This document shows, one piece after another, positions 19,501 to 28,257 of a DNA stretch of 64,000 nucleotides (position 1 is the first letter of the stretch; every line of letters begins with the position of its first letter). A program made the position numbers and the translations under genes. This stretch comes from an uncultured Bradymonadales bacterium. Lineage in GTDB: Bacteria; Myxococcota_A; Bradymonadia; Bradymonadales; Bradymonadaceae. The notes under the pieces were generated by a model. That model ran no database searches. It had not been told where the DNA came from and saw only the letters and a list, made by a program, of their open reading frames with translations. Location of the stretch: the NCBI GenBank assembly GCA_964394615.1, contig CAYMYJ010000012.1:68223-132222 (forward strand). Reading direction: 5' to 3'.

Positions 19501-21248
19501 TTTCTTGGGCTTTTCGCTTTCCAAAAGTGTTGTCTTGGGTAGCCGTTGCACCTTGGATTTCGGACTCCAGGCAGGAACTTGTGGAGTGCATTGACGCGGT
19601 TGCAGATTCGGGGCTTTTTGAGCTCGCCGACAACATGACGATGTTCAAAACATCGCAGGCTAGTTGGGTGCAACACGGCGTTAAGCCGCGAACAGGCACG
19701 TTTTTTATCGAGTTTGAATCGACTCGTATTTATGGATATTGCGGCAGATACGAGTGCAAAGTCTATTCGATATTGGCCTACAGCACCGACAATATGACCC
19801 TGCCTGCAGGAGTGACAGCGACCGACCTGATGGAAGGCGTTCCTTGGTCATCCGGGACGGCAAAAGAATTTGTGAAACTCTTTGGGGAGCACGGCCCTGC
19901 ATTGGCGTCGCGTGAGGCTGCGCAGACGATTGCCGAGGCAACAGGTTTGTCGGTCGCTGAAGCTGCCATGGTTTGGGCGATGTTCCCAAATATTCACGCT
20001 TCGACTGGACCGATCATGGAGGCCGAACTTCGCAACGAATTCGAATTGAAGGCGGCCGAGCTCAAAGCCGCTCGGGAGTCTTTGCGTGACGTGCCTGGCG
20101 AAAAGCGATGTGCTGTACTTATGGATGCATTTCCTGAAGACGTGGAAGACTTTTGGAACGCTCCGCTTGAGGTTGCGCGCGGTCTTGCTGAGGCGTGGAA
20201 CAAACATGTCGGTAAGCGCGTCGCGATACCTGACGATGTCGCTCAGGCGATGCAAAAGGACCTGCCGCTTGATAATCCCCGAGCTGCGTTGCTCAGGTTT
20301 TATACGCCGACGTTCACAGTCGGTGGGACCGTGGCGCACGAAACTGAAGAGCGTCTCTTTTTCGAGATGAAGGATGGCGTCCCGAGCCCTGACGCGCTTG
20401 TCGAAAGCCTGCATGTTTTGCCCTATTTGTTCTACACCTTGCCGGTGGGCCATCCGACGCGTCAGAAGATTTCTAAATATTATTCAGAGCTTAAAAAAGT
20501 CATTTTTGATTCTGACTTTTTGTTGCCTACGTCCACCCAGTTTGATCACGTCGGTTATCCAAGCGCGGTGACCGCCAGATTGGGAAGGCTTGGCGCCGAC
20601 CAAACGTTCAATGGGGTTACCTATTTCGACGATGGATTTTTGGTGCTTGTGCCCGCCCAATGGGGACTCGCGGCCGCGATCCGGCCAGCTCAATTGCTGG
20701 CAGGCAAAACAAGTGAGCACATCGTTCCGAAAAACCGGGAGGCTGTCGCTCTTCAGGTTTTTGTTCAGATGGACGGCTTGGTTGAACGCGCCGAAAAATC
20801 AGCGATTCCCGACGGGGGATATGAGGCCAATCCTCTACATTCTGCCCCTGAAACCGTGGCTCAGGTGCAAAAGGAGTTGGACGTCTCTGAGGATTCAGCG
20901 ATCGCGTTTTTGCAGACTTTGGCAATGCCAAATCCGTCGACCAAACAGGTCAGGCAATGGAACGGATGGAGCGCTTCCGCCTATAAAAAGGCATTTGAGC
21001 CGTTGGTGGAAAAAGGACTGCTGATCGACGCTAAGCGGGCGAGGACAGGGCGGACCTTCTTTTTGGATGGGCCATGGCTGGAGTTCAAATCGCCCCATTT
21101 CCCGATGGAAGCCTGGAAGGAGTCGCTGATGCCTCAGATGGCCGCTGACGTATGTCAGGTGAATTATCCAGTTTCTGCACCGCACGAGCTATTTGAACAG
21201 GCGTGGACGCGATGGAGTTCGGGCGACAAACCTGGATTCACGAAATGA
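16596..21248 (+). CDS. Giant paralog C (1550 aa), closest to paralog A
   Basis: ATG at 16596. The N-terminus MDAMNAQLRVGGYVLPG... and C-terminus ...ELFEQAWTRWSSGDKPGFTK are near-identical to paralog A. A 515-bp intergenic region with promoter-like remnant precedes it. Confidence 0.85.
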   Translation: MDAMNAQLRVGGYVLPGAQISEDIPVDTLDARTFSHAGLPSREVVRLTPSTLAQGEDAAMETLGFSLQDVQGELAVVRQRSLGFPSWVLVNMPSDAAEALSVARVFRRNARQALIKPGAAKSAFDAQIAEVSEFKPHFLPTLCEEMGRVFLASGNSSHAAMFFGKAREVEQKFGLDVDEERRRSVFLEFTLAGAVSAKAMTEYSKDLAHRHGDKEAYDSWADLLVRRTLGGNPLTPSMFKDLKRLAKSAGLKPKDAEDEVLGKIWHSSSLVRAAASVWVAIGPALSRLSKTEADLPNHLLNLFPHALRSEDSFGQFWFELLHDVGAIAKLKTRKSGGIANWFSTFISACRTTSWDDRKCFPEAGFPVLTECAEILVADQVSVVIGGDEWCDDADLDLLDHLLELGIPVDAGTAKFEMMHWMNAPADSEVYQRSLDFVSDHPIFGPRLDLAVGAKIADQDFLAAAQGKAGLTRSRKRWLRRRLDDLSSGSVAAFGKAVKDLTAATDGSTFLEFPDLWESIQKLDLAAPFYATLKRGFLGEFDWPTARKAAEELGLGKGVAVEVAGVFPNSVFYNEERALVVNGESVILDHAIALTEDDEIQGMRFVGGQLLITFMDDDYDRLGYWSGTPEHRFDAGALNCNPSWSVYRDDGSVVEGARAFQVGEESPPSISAFWSDGKTFWRRAGNDSTMYEFDPDTGELGRASLPKAIEDHLEEGWELQTKLSCVYPTPDSSLQGTYEGVYFKAVFKKEDEYLTKTPLGVVSGSVPSLLPLRGGELAVLAKFYELHQPDGTVLDALMPIPTVYLSPASFAHFSVVDEAASLKLRKIEKNQAAAVLAHAIQASENATVFRETWAAGVPDVTPHGIQAVIGESELVRGVERVADSYLQHLTQFATHIAESNPSVAVSFKGPICDPNVWGNFECVTSDGEYSFDNVLYGGAERDLNVAIGSLVEFFKEGIKPDVSDDYSFDFSWAFRFPKVLSWVAVAPWISDSRQELVECIDAVADSGLFELADNMTMFKTSQASWVQHGVKPRTGTFFIEFESTRIYGYCGRYECKVYSILAYSTDNMTLPAGVTATDLMEGVPWSSGTAKEFVKLFGEHGPALASREAAQTIAEATGLSVAEAAMVWAMFPNIHASTGPIMEAELRNEFELKAAELKAARESLRDVPGEKRCAVLMDAFPEDVEDFWNAPLEVARGLAEAWNKHVGKRVAIPDDVAQAMQKDLPLDNPRAALLRFYTPTFTVGGTVAHETEERLFFEMKDGVPSPDALVESLHVLPYLFYTLPVGHPTRQKISKYYSELKKVIFDSDFLLPTSTQFDHVGYPSAVTARLGRLGADQTFNGVTYFDDGFLVLVPAQWGLAAAIRPAQLLAGKTSEHIVPKNREAVALQVFVQMDGLVERAEKSAIPDGGYEANPLHSAPETVAQVQKELDVSEDSAIAFLQTLAMPNPSTKQVRQWNGWSASAYKKAFEPLVEKGLLIDAKRARTGRTFFLDGPWLEFKSPHFPMEAWKESLMPQMAADVCQVNYPVSAPHELFEQAWTRWSSGDKPGFTK

Positions 21249-21374
21249 GTATTGCCTGCTGACTATTCCACAGCGAAAAAGCCGCCAAATAGAATTCCAA
21301 TGTCCAAAGAAACGGTTGGGTTATTTCCGTCGGCGTAGGTCCAGTCGCCGCCGTAGTTCGGCTCGGAGTAAAAA

Positions 21375-21893
21375 TTATAGGTCATCAGCAGGTTCGATTC
21401 GGCTCGCGAAGCCGTTCAGCGACCCATAGCCCCAATCAAACGCCAAGCCGGCCTGCACACCCAGATCAGTTGATTTGTAGTCATAACCGTCCGTCGTGCC
21501 AACGTATGGGAATTCCCCATAGCGCAGGCCAACTAACGGCGTGAATCCCGAATAAAACCGATTTTCATGAAGCACCAGATTATCGGTGTCGTCCCACCTG
21601 CGGCCGACTCGTGCCGTGGCTTGCCAGCCGGAACCAGACAACGAAATTAAACTAAATGCCTGCAATTCAGCCGTATAACCTTGGGCCGAGACCCATCCAA
21701 TTTCCACGCCCGCGAGCCCGAGCGCGGTTCCAATAAAGAGCATCGAGGTCGCCCGAATTTCTAAGCGATCTAGGTCACCGGGTTGGGCAGCAACGGCCGC
21801 AGAATTAGACTCCGTATTGGGGGAGTCCGAAGCGGCCCATGCGGTTGTGGTGTGCAGGAGAAACAGAATCGAGAGGAGTTTGGTGAGTTTCAT
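21375..21893 (-). CDS. Small outer-membrane beta-barrel protein; the gene appears frameshifted near its 3' end
   Basis: Signal peptide MKLTKLLSILFLLHTTTAWA. After the in-frame stop at 21375, the -1 frame continues for ~35 codons (NLLMTYNFYSEPNYGGDWTYADGNNPTVSLDIGILFGGFFAVE*) to ~21263, which resembles a terminal beta-strand region. Confidence 0.5.
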   Translation of the reverse strand: MKLTKLLSILFLLHTTTAWAASDSPNTESNSAAVAAQPGDLDRLEIRATSMLFIGTALGLAGVEIGWVSAQGYTAELQAFSLISLSGSGWQATARVGRRWDDTDNLVLHENRFYSGFTPLVGLRYGEFPYVGTTDGYDYKSTDLGVQAGLAFDWGYGSLNGFASRIEPADDL

Positions 21894-22174
21894 GGACGTC
21901 GCATCGCGGGAGGGGAGCTTTCAACACTTCGAGCTTCGCAATACGCGTGCCACTGCAAATCGACGCAAAATGGTGCACTCCTTCGTCCTGAATGGAGTGC
22001 GGCTGCTCCAACGAGTGGAGAAAGTGGACAAACGATCGGCGCTAAAGTGGAGCGTCGCGACCAATCGAGTTGTTGGAAATCAAACCTGACATAACGTTGA
22101 CACTCTGCTTCGCTAGTTTCGACTTTCAACCCAACGAGAGCGGTTCAGAGCCGCTTCTCTCAAAGGAGAAGGCA

Positions 22175-22936
22175 ATGTCTAACGGTAAATTCATTTGGTT
22201 CGATTACATGGCAAACGACACCCACAAAGCGCTCGCGTTCTACTCCGAAGCGGTCGGTTGGAAGACGCAAACGATTCAGATGGCCGACGGGCCCTACAAC
22301 ATGTTGCTGGTCAAAGAAGCGCCTTTTGGCGGCGTGGTAAATCTGCCTGAGGGGGCGTCAAAAGGCGGCGCAACGCCGTATTGGCTTGCGTATATCTCCA
22401 CCGATGATGTCGACGGTGTGGCCGTTAAGGCCGGCGAGTTGGGCGGCGCGGTGTTGAAGGCCCCGTTCAACATTTCTGGAATTGGGCGCGTGGCCATCAT
22501 CAAAGACCCACAGGGGGCGATATTTGCGGCGTTTCATCCTGAAAGAAACCAGACGCCACCAGCGGCCGACCTAGAGGGGACAATGGTTTGGAGCGAGCTC
22601 GCCACGTCCGATCCAGCCGCGGCGATATCTTTTTACCAAGCATTATTTGGTTGGGCGAAAACGGGTGAAATAGAAATGGGCGAAGCTGGCAAATACTCGA
22701 TGTTTGGAGAGGGCAAAAATTCGGTTGGTGGCATCTTTGCCAAACCCACCCAAATGCCAGTGTCGGCTTGGGTTTATTATGCCAATACCTTCGATTTGGA
22801 AGCTGCTACTGCGCGAATCAAGCAGCACGGAGGTAAAGTGTTGAACGGGCCGAACGACGTGCCAGGCGGGCGAATTTCCCAATTCACGGATCCTCAGGGC
22901 GGAGCATTTGCACTGCATCAGGCCGCTGCGAGCTAA
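22175..22936 (+). CDS. VOC (glyoxalase/bleomycin-resistance fold) family protein, two-domain
   Basis: Start MSNGKFIWFDYMANDTHKALAFYSEAVGW with AAGGAGA RBS. The GW..Q motif and following hydrophobic core repeat in the second half (FYQALFGWAKT...). Confidence 0.7.
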   Translation: MSNGKFIWFDYMANDTHKALAFYSEAVGWKTQTIQMADGPYNMLLVKEAPFGGVVNLPEGASKGGATPYWLAYISTDDVDGVAVKAGELGGAVLKAPFNISGIGRVAIIKDPQGAIFAAFHPERNQTPPAADLEGTMVWSELATSDPAAAISFYQALFGWAKTGEIEMGEAGKYSMFGEGKNSVGGIFAKPTQMPVSAWVYYANTFDLEAATARIKQHGGKVLNGPNDVPGGRISQFTDPQGGAFALHQAAAS

Positions 22937-22949
22937 GCGGTGAAAAAAC

Positions 22950-22991
22950 ATGCCGCGACTCATCACCATCGGTTTGTCGCGGCATTTTTTA
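22950..22991. terminator. Bidirectional Rho-independent terminator between the convergent VOC and hydrolase genes
   Basis: Perfect 9-bp stem ATGCCGCGA...TCGCGGCAT, with an A-run on the 5' side and a TTTTTT run on the 3' side. Confidence 0.6.
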
Positions 22992-23013
22992 CACCAGGTA
23001 CAAATCGGAAAAG

Positions 23014-23982
23014 CTATTTAGATTCGATGCGTGCCAGTGGTTCAACGCTCTTCGCTAAAGCTTCACACGCTGCGTTCCACATGTGTTCGTCTGGGTAAAA
23101 CGCGCTGTGCAGATACGCCCAAGTGAGCCTTTGAACCACCGCCAGTCGGTCGGGGTCTTCATCCGTCGTCTCGGCGGCGTCATATCCTGCGATTCCCCCT
23201 AGTCCGTGTTTGGCTCCGAACACCGTCAGCAGGCTCTTATTGCCTGGACTGAGTTTATAAGGATCGGCGTACCAATCAGCGCTTCTGGTCGTTAAATGCG
23301 CTGCTACGTCGTTTTCACCGGCCACGACAAGGGTTGGTGTCGCCATGTATGAGAAGTCGGGATTCAGGAACGAATAGTTCTTGGCGGTGAATTCGCTCAG
23401 ATCATCCCCACCTTTACCCGGGGCTGCCAAGAGAACGCCCGCCTTGAAGCGTTTATCCATCAAGTTCACATCCGTCGCGTCTTTGTCTAGCGGATCATTC
23501 AGGCGTGCCCCGAGCAACATGCCCACGGTTTGTCCCCCCATGGAGTGGCCGGCAGCGGCTATCTTCGTGCGGTCAACGCGTCCGATGAGTCCTGGGACTG
23601 ATGCCTCGATAAGTTCGAGGCGGTCGACAATGCGTGACATGTCCTCGACACGAGAGCGCCAAAGCATTTGCCCACGTAAAATCTCGGGACCGAGTCCATA
23701 AATCTTGGCATTTAGATGGGTGGGCTGAATCACCACAAAACCATGTGCAGCCCAAAAGTTGGCCAGCGGGCCGTAACCGTTGAGCGAGGGGATGTATAAG
23801 GATGGGCCGTGCCCGTGTGAGAGAATAATGATGGGTAAATTCTCTCCTGTGATCGGTGCGCTGATGCGAACCTCCAGGGCGACGACGCGGCCAGGAGACG
23901 GCACAATCACGGGAGCTACGGAGATTACCGAAGTGGCTTCGTTGACAGGTAGATGTTGCGCTTTCTGGATCAGCTTATTCAT
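23014..23982 (-). CDS. Alpha/beta hydrolase (dienelactone-hydrolase/chlorophyllase-like)
   Basis: GHSMGG nucleophile elbow (GxSxG), downstream Asp/His candidates, AAGGTGA RBS, 322 aa. Confidence 0.75.
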   Translation of the reverse strand: MNKLIQKAQHLPVNEATSVISVAPVIVPSPGRVVALEVRISAPITGENLPIIILSHGHGPSLYIPSLNGYGPLANFWAAHGFVVIQPTHLNAKIYGLGPEILRGQMLWRSRVEDMSRIVDRLELIEASVPGLIGRVDRTKIAAAGHSMGGQTVGMLLGARLNDPLDKDATDVNLMDKRFKAGVLLAAPGKGGDDLSEFTAKNYSFLNPDFSYMATPTLVVAGENDVAAHLTTRSADWYADPYKLSPGNKSLLTVFGAKHGLGGIAGYDAAETTDEDPDRLAVVQRLTWAYLHSAFYPDEHMWNAACEALAKSVEPLARIESK

Positions 23983-24159
23983 GGAATCACCTTCGAGTTC
24001 TAATTATTTCGCCGCAAGACGACCCGCAATATGTCTGAAGCGGAACAGTGTTCCGAATGTATACGGAACGTTGTTCCGTTTTGCAACGGGCAAAATGAAG
24101 TGACCCTCGCGGAATTGAGGGCAGGTTTTTGTGAAACCAAATGAAGGCGGGAGTTAGGG

Positions 24160-24735
24160 CTAGGCGCCGTAGCGCAATCCATCGACGAGCAGCGTAACCA
24201 TGCGTCGGGTGTAATCGCTTTGCTCGTCTCTCGCAGACATGCACAGATTCGCGACGGCCCTCAACAAGTCGTAGGGCTCGATGTCGGTTCGCACTTCGCC
24301 TGCTGCTGCAGCCGCGTCGAGCAATTTCTCGAGTGCGGGTAGAAGATGTTCGTCAAAATAACCGGGCAACGTACTGAAAGCGGGGTCGCCAGAATGCAAA
24401 GCCGCTGCGAGCCCGCGTTTGGTCGCGATGAAGTCGGCGTAGCGGTGCATCCAGCGGGCGAGCGCTTCGGATGGCCCATATTCAGCTGCTAGAACTTCGG
24501 CAGCATCCGCACAGGCATCCACTTGTCGACGAAAGACCGCCACGATGAGGTCGGACCGTTGTGGGAAGCGTCGATACAACGTGGCTATGCCGACACCCGC
24601 TTTTTCTGCGATTTCCCGCACAGGAGCGTCCACTCCCGATGTGGCAAAAATGGCTAGAGCTGCCTCTAGCAACGCTTCTTCGCTGCGTTGGGCATCTGCC
24701 CGAAGTGGTTTGGATTTTGCGTAGTTATTGCTCAT
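24160..24735 (-). CDS. TetR/AcrR family transcriptional regulator
   Basis: Start MSNNYAK. N-terminal HTH VREIAEKAGVGIATLYRRFPQRSDLIVAV is typical of TetR_N. 191 aa. Confidence 0.8.
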   Translation of the reverse strand: MSNNYAKSKPLRADAQRSEEALLEAALAIFATSGVDAPVREIAEKAGVGIATLYRRFPQRSDLIVAVFRRQVDACADAAEVLAAEYGPSEALARWMHRYADFIATKRGLAAALHSGDPAFSTLPGYFDEHLLPALEKLLDAAAAAGEVRTDIEPYDLLRAVANLCMSARDEQSDYTRRMVTLLVDGLRYGA

Positions 24736-24995
24736 GGTACCAATTCTGTTCCCGTCCCAAATCACGTGGAACGTTGTCTACTTTAGTCTACCTCAGTGGT
24801 TTCGGCGACGATCATCACTCGACGTACGCCGTCCGACCTGGCGACCCAGTGTTATGATCGAACTAAATCAAACCGATACCTTGAAATCACATGAGTCTAG
24901 GCGATTACCGAAACATGTTCGCAAGTTTAGATGCGGTGCGCCTGCCCAGATTCGGTTAGAGTTGCCGTCAGTAATCACCCGCAGCGACGAATCCA

Positions 24996-26222
24996 GTGGA
25001 GGCGGTTTTGAGATTCTTGGCGACGTTCTTAATCATGGTGGGATGCAACGGGGCCGACACTCGCGTGGACGAACCGGATGCCAGCGTGGACTCGGGTGGC
25101 GTGACGGATCTTTCGAATGATTCAGGCGATAGTGGGGAGGGCGACCTCGGCTTTGAGACTCGATGTGTCACTTCCACCGGTGTATTTCCTCGACGTCTTG
25201 AATTGCCAAACTCAGAACCCAACGGGGTGTTCGATCCCAGCCTCGCCTTGGATCCTGAAACGCAACGACTTTGGATGTCGTACTCAGGCGTGACCGGGCC
25301 TGCAGGGTCGGGGGCTGTGAGCACTCATTTGGCGTACAGCGATGACGGCGGTGATACTTGGTGTGACGCGGGGATGGTCAATGCATCCGAGCCCGAACCC
25401 AATCCTCCGGCTGAGTTCGCTGGTTTGGAGGCGAAGTGGAACCACGAGACATCGTCGATCGTGTACGATCTGGCTGCCGAGCCAGAGTCCCGATGGCGTT
25501 TGGTTTGGATGCAATACCTTCACGTCGTCGACGATGATCCTGCGACGGAAGACCGTCGTTTCCAGTATGGATGGATTGCCCAGCGAAGCGCGGCCACGGC
25601 AGAAGGGCTGATTGCTGCGCCCCAAACCAAGTTGTTTGGTGCGTTGGCGTATCATGTCGCTGGCGTCGAGGCTTATAACGACGCGCAAGTCGGGGGTCAG
25701 CCATTGGTTCGGTGGGACAACGATCCAGTTTTGGGTGATTGCCTGGTTTTTGCCGAGCCGGGGATGTTGGCGATCGATTCGAAGCTGTGGATGGCGGTTT
25801 ATTGCTACCGCACCGCGACAGACACCTCGATCGAGCTCGTTCAGCTCGACCATTCAGACAACACCTGGTCGGCTCGATCCACTCTTTTGACCCCGACGGA
25901 TGGGGCGCCCGTGAATGCGGCGATTCGTGGATTCAATGCACCAGACCTCTTCCTGGTGGGGGATAGCGTGCGGCTTCTGGTTTCGCCGGTTGTGGAACTC
26001 TATGCAGGATGCTTGGGGTATGGCGTCGATCGGCAGACCGGACTGGTCATCGACGCGGACGGTAACGGGGCAGACCCAATCTATGGATTGAGCGCGACAC
26101 CGGGCACGGTTCAGGCCGGCGCTTGCACCTATCACGAAGCGTCGCATCTGGGAGTCCTATACGGCGACACCATGTTTACGGGAGTTCAATTCCAGCTCTT
26201 TGCGAGCGGGACGGCGTTGTAG
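24996..26222 (+). CDS. Secreted BNR/Asp-box-containing lipoprotein (sialidase/glycosidase-like fold); start uncertain
   Basis: Asp-box YSDDGGDTW (SxDxGxTW). The N-terminus ...RFLATFLIMVGC resembles a lipoprotein signal. An alternative TTG start at 25008 with GGAGG 5 nt upstream gives MRFLATFLIMVGC. Confidence 0.55.
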   Translation: MEAVLRFLATFLIMVGCNGADTRVDEPDASVDSGGVTDLSNDSGDSGEGDLGFETRCVTSTGVFPRRLELPNSEPNGVFDPSLALDPETQRLWMSYSGVTGPAGSGAVSTHLAYSDDGGDTWCDAGMVNASEPEPNPPAEFAGLEAKWNHETSSIVYDLAAEPESRWRLVWMQYLHVVDDDPATEDRRFQYGWIAQRSAATAEGLIAAPQTKLFGALAYHVAGVEAYNDAQVGGQPLVRWDNDPVLGDCLVFAEPGMLAIDSKLWMAVYCYRTATDTSIELVQLDHSDNTWSARSTLLTPTDGAPVNAAIRGFNAPDLFLVGDSVRLLVSPVVELYAGCLGYGVDRQTGLVIDADGNGADPIYGLSATPGTVQAGACTYHEASHLGVLYGDTMFTGVQFQLFASGTAL

Positions 26223-26267
26223 AGGTGTTTTGATCTGCTGCCAGCGGCTTCAAACGACGCTTAGAGT

Positions 26268-26654
26268 TCATTTTGAACCGTAGTAGACCAGAAACGCCAA
26301 ACCGGCGACCAAGACCAGGCCCACCAAACGCATCAACCACTTCGGTTTCAGCGGATGCTCACAGACCACGCATGGCAACTCTGTGGTCCCCGCTGCTTCC
26401 CCTAGAGACATCTCACCTTTGCAACGCGGACAAATCGCATCCTGGCTTCGCTCAAACAGTTCTTCCTGCGTCTGTGCCAGGCGTCCCGCTTTCCACTCAT
26501 GACAATTGCACCAGGCCGTGAGCGAACCTTGCGCGTCGTGGTGCCAAACCATCGGTGCCTGGCAGGTTTTGCACCTGCCTACGTCGCTGTGGGTCGAACT
26601 GCAATCGGCGTAGCACTGGCAGTTTCGACACACGAAATAGGATATTTGGAGCAT
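26268..26654 (-). CDS. Cys-rich zinc-ribbon protein with C-terminal TM anchor (hypothetical)
   Basis: Several CxxC pairs (CRNCQC, CKTC, CPRC, CVVC) and a C-terminal hydrophobic helix LVGLVLVAGLAFLVYY. Confidence 0.45.
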   Translation of the reverse strand: MLQISYFVCRNCQCYADCSSTHSDVGRCKTCQAPMVWHHDAQGSLTAWCNCHEWKAGRLAQTQEELFERSQDAICPRCKGEMSLGEAAGTTELPCVVCEHPLKPKWLMRLVGLVLVAGLAFLVYYGSK

Positions 26655-26718
26655 CTAAATACCTTTTTTGACCCGTCCGATGGTTAGGGAACTTCCGACG
26701 TGCCTTTTGGAGCGCCGC

Positions 26719-28257
26719 TCACAGCTTTGACGCGGTTTTGATTGGTGGCGCGAGAAACATCGCAGGGACGATCCCAATCAAAACGATGACTGCACCCACG
26801 ACAAAAGCGTCGCCAAATGCGGATACCGATGCCGTCATGACTGCATGTTTTACGACCAAGCCTTGGCTTATCAAGGCCGCATCAGCCGGGCCATAGCCCA
26901 AGTCTCGCATATGGGCCGTTAGACGGCCAGTGGTCAGTATTATCGCGGCAGATGTTCCGTCCAGGTTTTCCCCAACGATCGCGCGCCAAAACATCGTTCG
27001 ATGGCTCAGCACAGCGGCCAGCAATGCGATGCCGACGGAGCCCGATACCTGTTGGATTAGGCTTAACATCGACGCCGCCATCCCTGCCTTGACGGTCGGA
27101 ACGGAATTCATCGCCGCGGCCGAGACAGGCGTGACCAGAAGCCCAAGTCCAAAGCCGCGGATGAACATCGGCCCGAGAATCCCCCAGGTGCTCGTGTTCG
27201 GGTCGATATCTCGGTACATGAACATGAAGAGTGCGGTCAGCAGCAGGCCGACGATCGTCAATGGACGGGGGCCAATCACATCGAGCAGGCGGCCTGCAAA
27301 CGGAGACACCAAGCCAATCACAAGCGCGCCGGGCAACATCAATGCGCCGGCGCTCACCTCGTCGAGCCCCATCTGTTGCTGCATGAACAATGGCAGAAGG
27401 AACATTCCGCCATAGAGCGCGATCGACCGCACACACGTCACAATCATCGCTGCTGTAAACGACCCGTAGCGAAATAATGAGAGATCCAGAATTCGGATCT
27501 CAGACACGCTTTCAATCAGCAAGAACGCCACGAAAGAGAATGCCGCGACGAGTTCGCAGCCCACAATATAGGGGGAAAACCATCCCTCTGAGTTTCCTTC
27601 CGAGAGCGCAAGCAGCGCCGTAATCAAAAACGCGGTGAGCAAACCGAATCCGAGAAAGTCGAATCCTTTGGTTTTAATCTCTTTGGGTTTGTCGTGATTG
27701 AGCACGCGCAGCGCAAGAAAGAGCGCGATAATTCCAATCGGCAAATTGACGTTGAAAATGGATCTCCAGCCGAGCGTTTCGGTCAGATAGCCGCCCAGGG
27801 TTGGCCCGATAGCCGGTCCTAAAATCACCCCGACCATCCAGATGCCAATCGCCTTTCCACGTTCGGATGGATCAAAGACGTCAGCAATCATTGCCATGGC
27901 TGTGGGGGTGATTGCGCCTCCGCCAAACGCCTGAATCACGCGCGCGAAGACGAGGGCTTCTAAATTCCACGCGAAACCACAAAGCACGGAACCGATGACA
28001 AAAATGGCGAGGCTGATAAGGTAGAGCCAGCGATACCCGATGCGGTCGCGCAACCAGGCGGTCAGGGGCATCAATACCGCAAAACCCAGCATATAAGACG
28101 TGATCACCCATTGCACTTCGTCGACGCTCGCCCCAAACGACGACATGATATTTGGAATGGCGATGTTGACGATGCTCGCGTCGAGGGCCGACATCACGGT
28201 CCCGATCATGACAACGCCCAGGACTCGCCATTTGTAATTATCGTCGTCGGCTTTCAT
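26719..28257 (-). CDS. MFS efflux transporter, DHA2 (EmrB/QacA) family, 14-TMS type
   Basis: Likely start MKADDDNYKWRVLGVVMIG (the upstream part of the ORF is an Arg-rich read-through of the emrA-like gene). MFS motifs GxLxDRxGxR (LRDRIGYR) are present. Its ATG overlaps the stop of the HlyD gene. Confidence 0.85.
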   Translation of the reverse strand: MKADDDNYKWRVLGVVMIGTVMSALDASIVNIAIPNIMSSFGASVDEVQWVITSYMLGFAVLMPLTAWLRDRIGYRWLYLISLAIFVIGSVLCGFAWNLEALVFARVIQAFGGGAITPTAMAMIADVFDPSERGKAIGIWMVGVILGPAIGPTLGGYLTETLGWRSIFNVNLPIGIIALFLALRVLNHDKPKEIKTKGFDFLGFGLLTAFLITALLALSEGNSEGWFSPYIVGCELVAAFSFVAFLLIESVSEIRILDLSLFRYGSFTAAMIVTCVRSIALYGGMFLLPLFMQQQMGLDEVSAGALMLPGALVIGLVSPFAGRLLDVIGPRPLTIVGLLLTALFMFMYRDIDPNTSTWGILGPMFIRGFGLGLLVTPVSAAAMNSVPTVKAGMAASMLSLIQQVSGSVGIALLAAVLSHRTMFWRAIVGENLDGTSAAIILTTGRLTAHMRDLGYGPADAALISQGLVVKHAVMTASVSAFGDAFVVGAVIVLIGIVPAMFLAPPIKTASKL

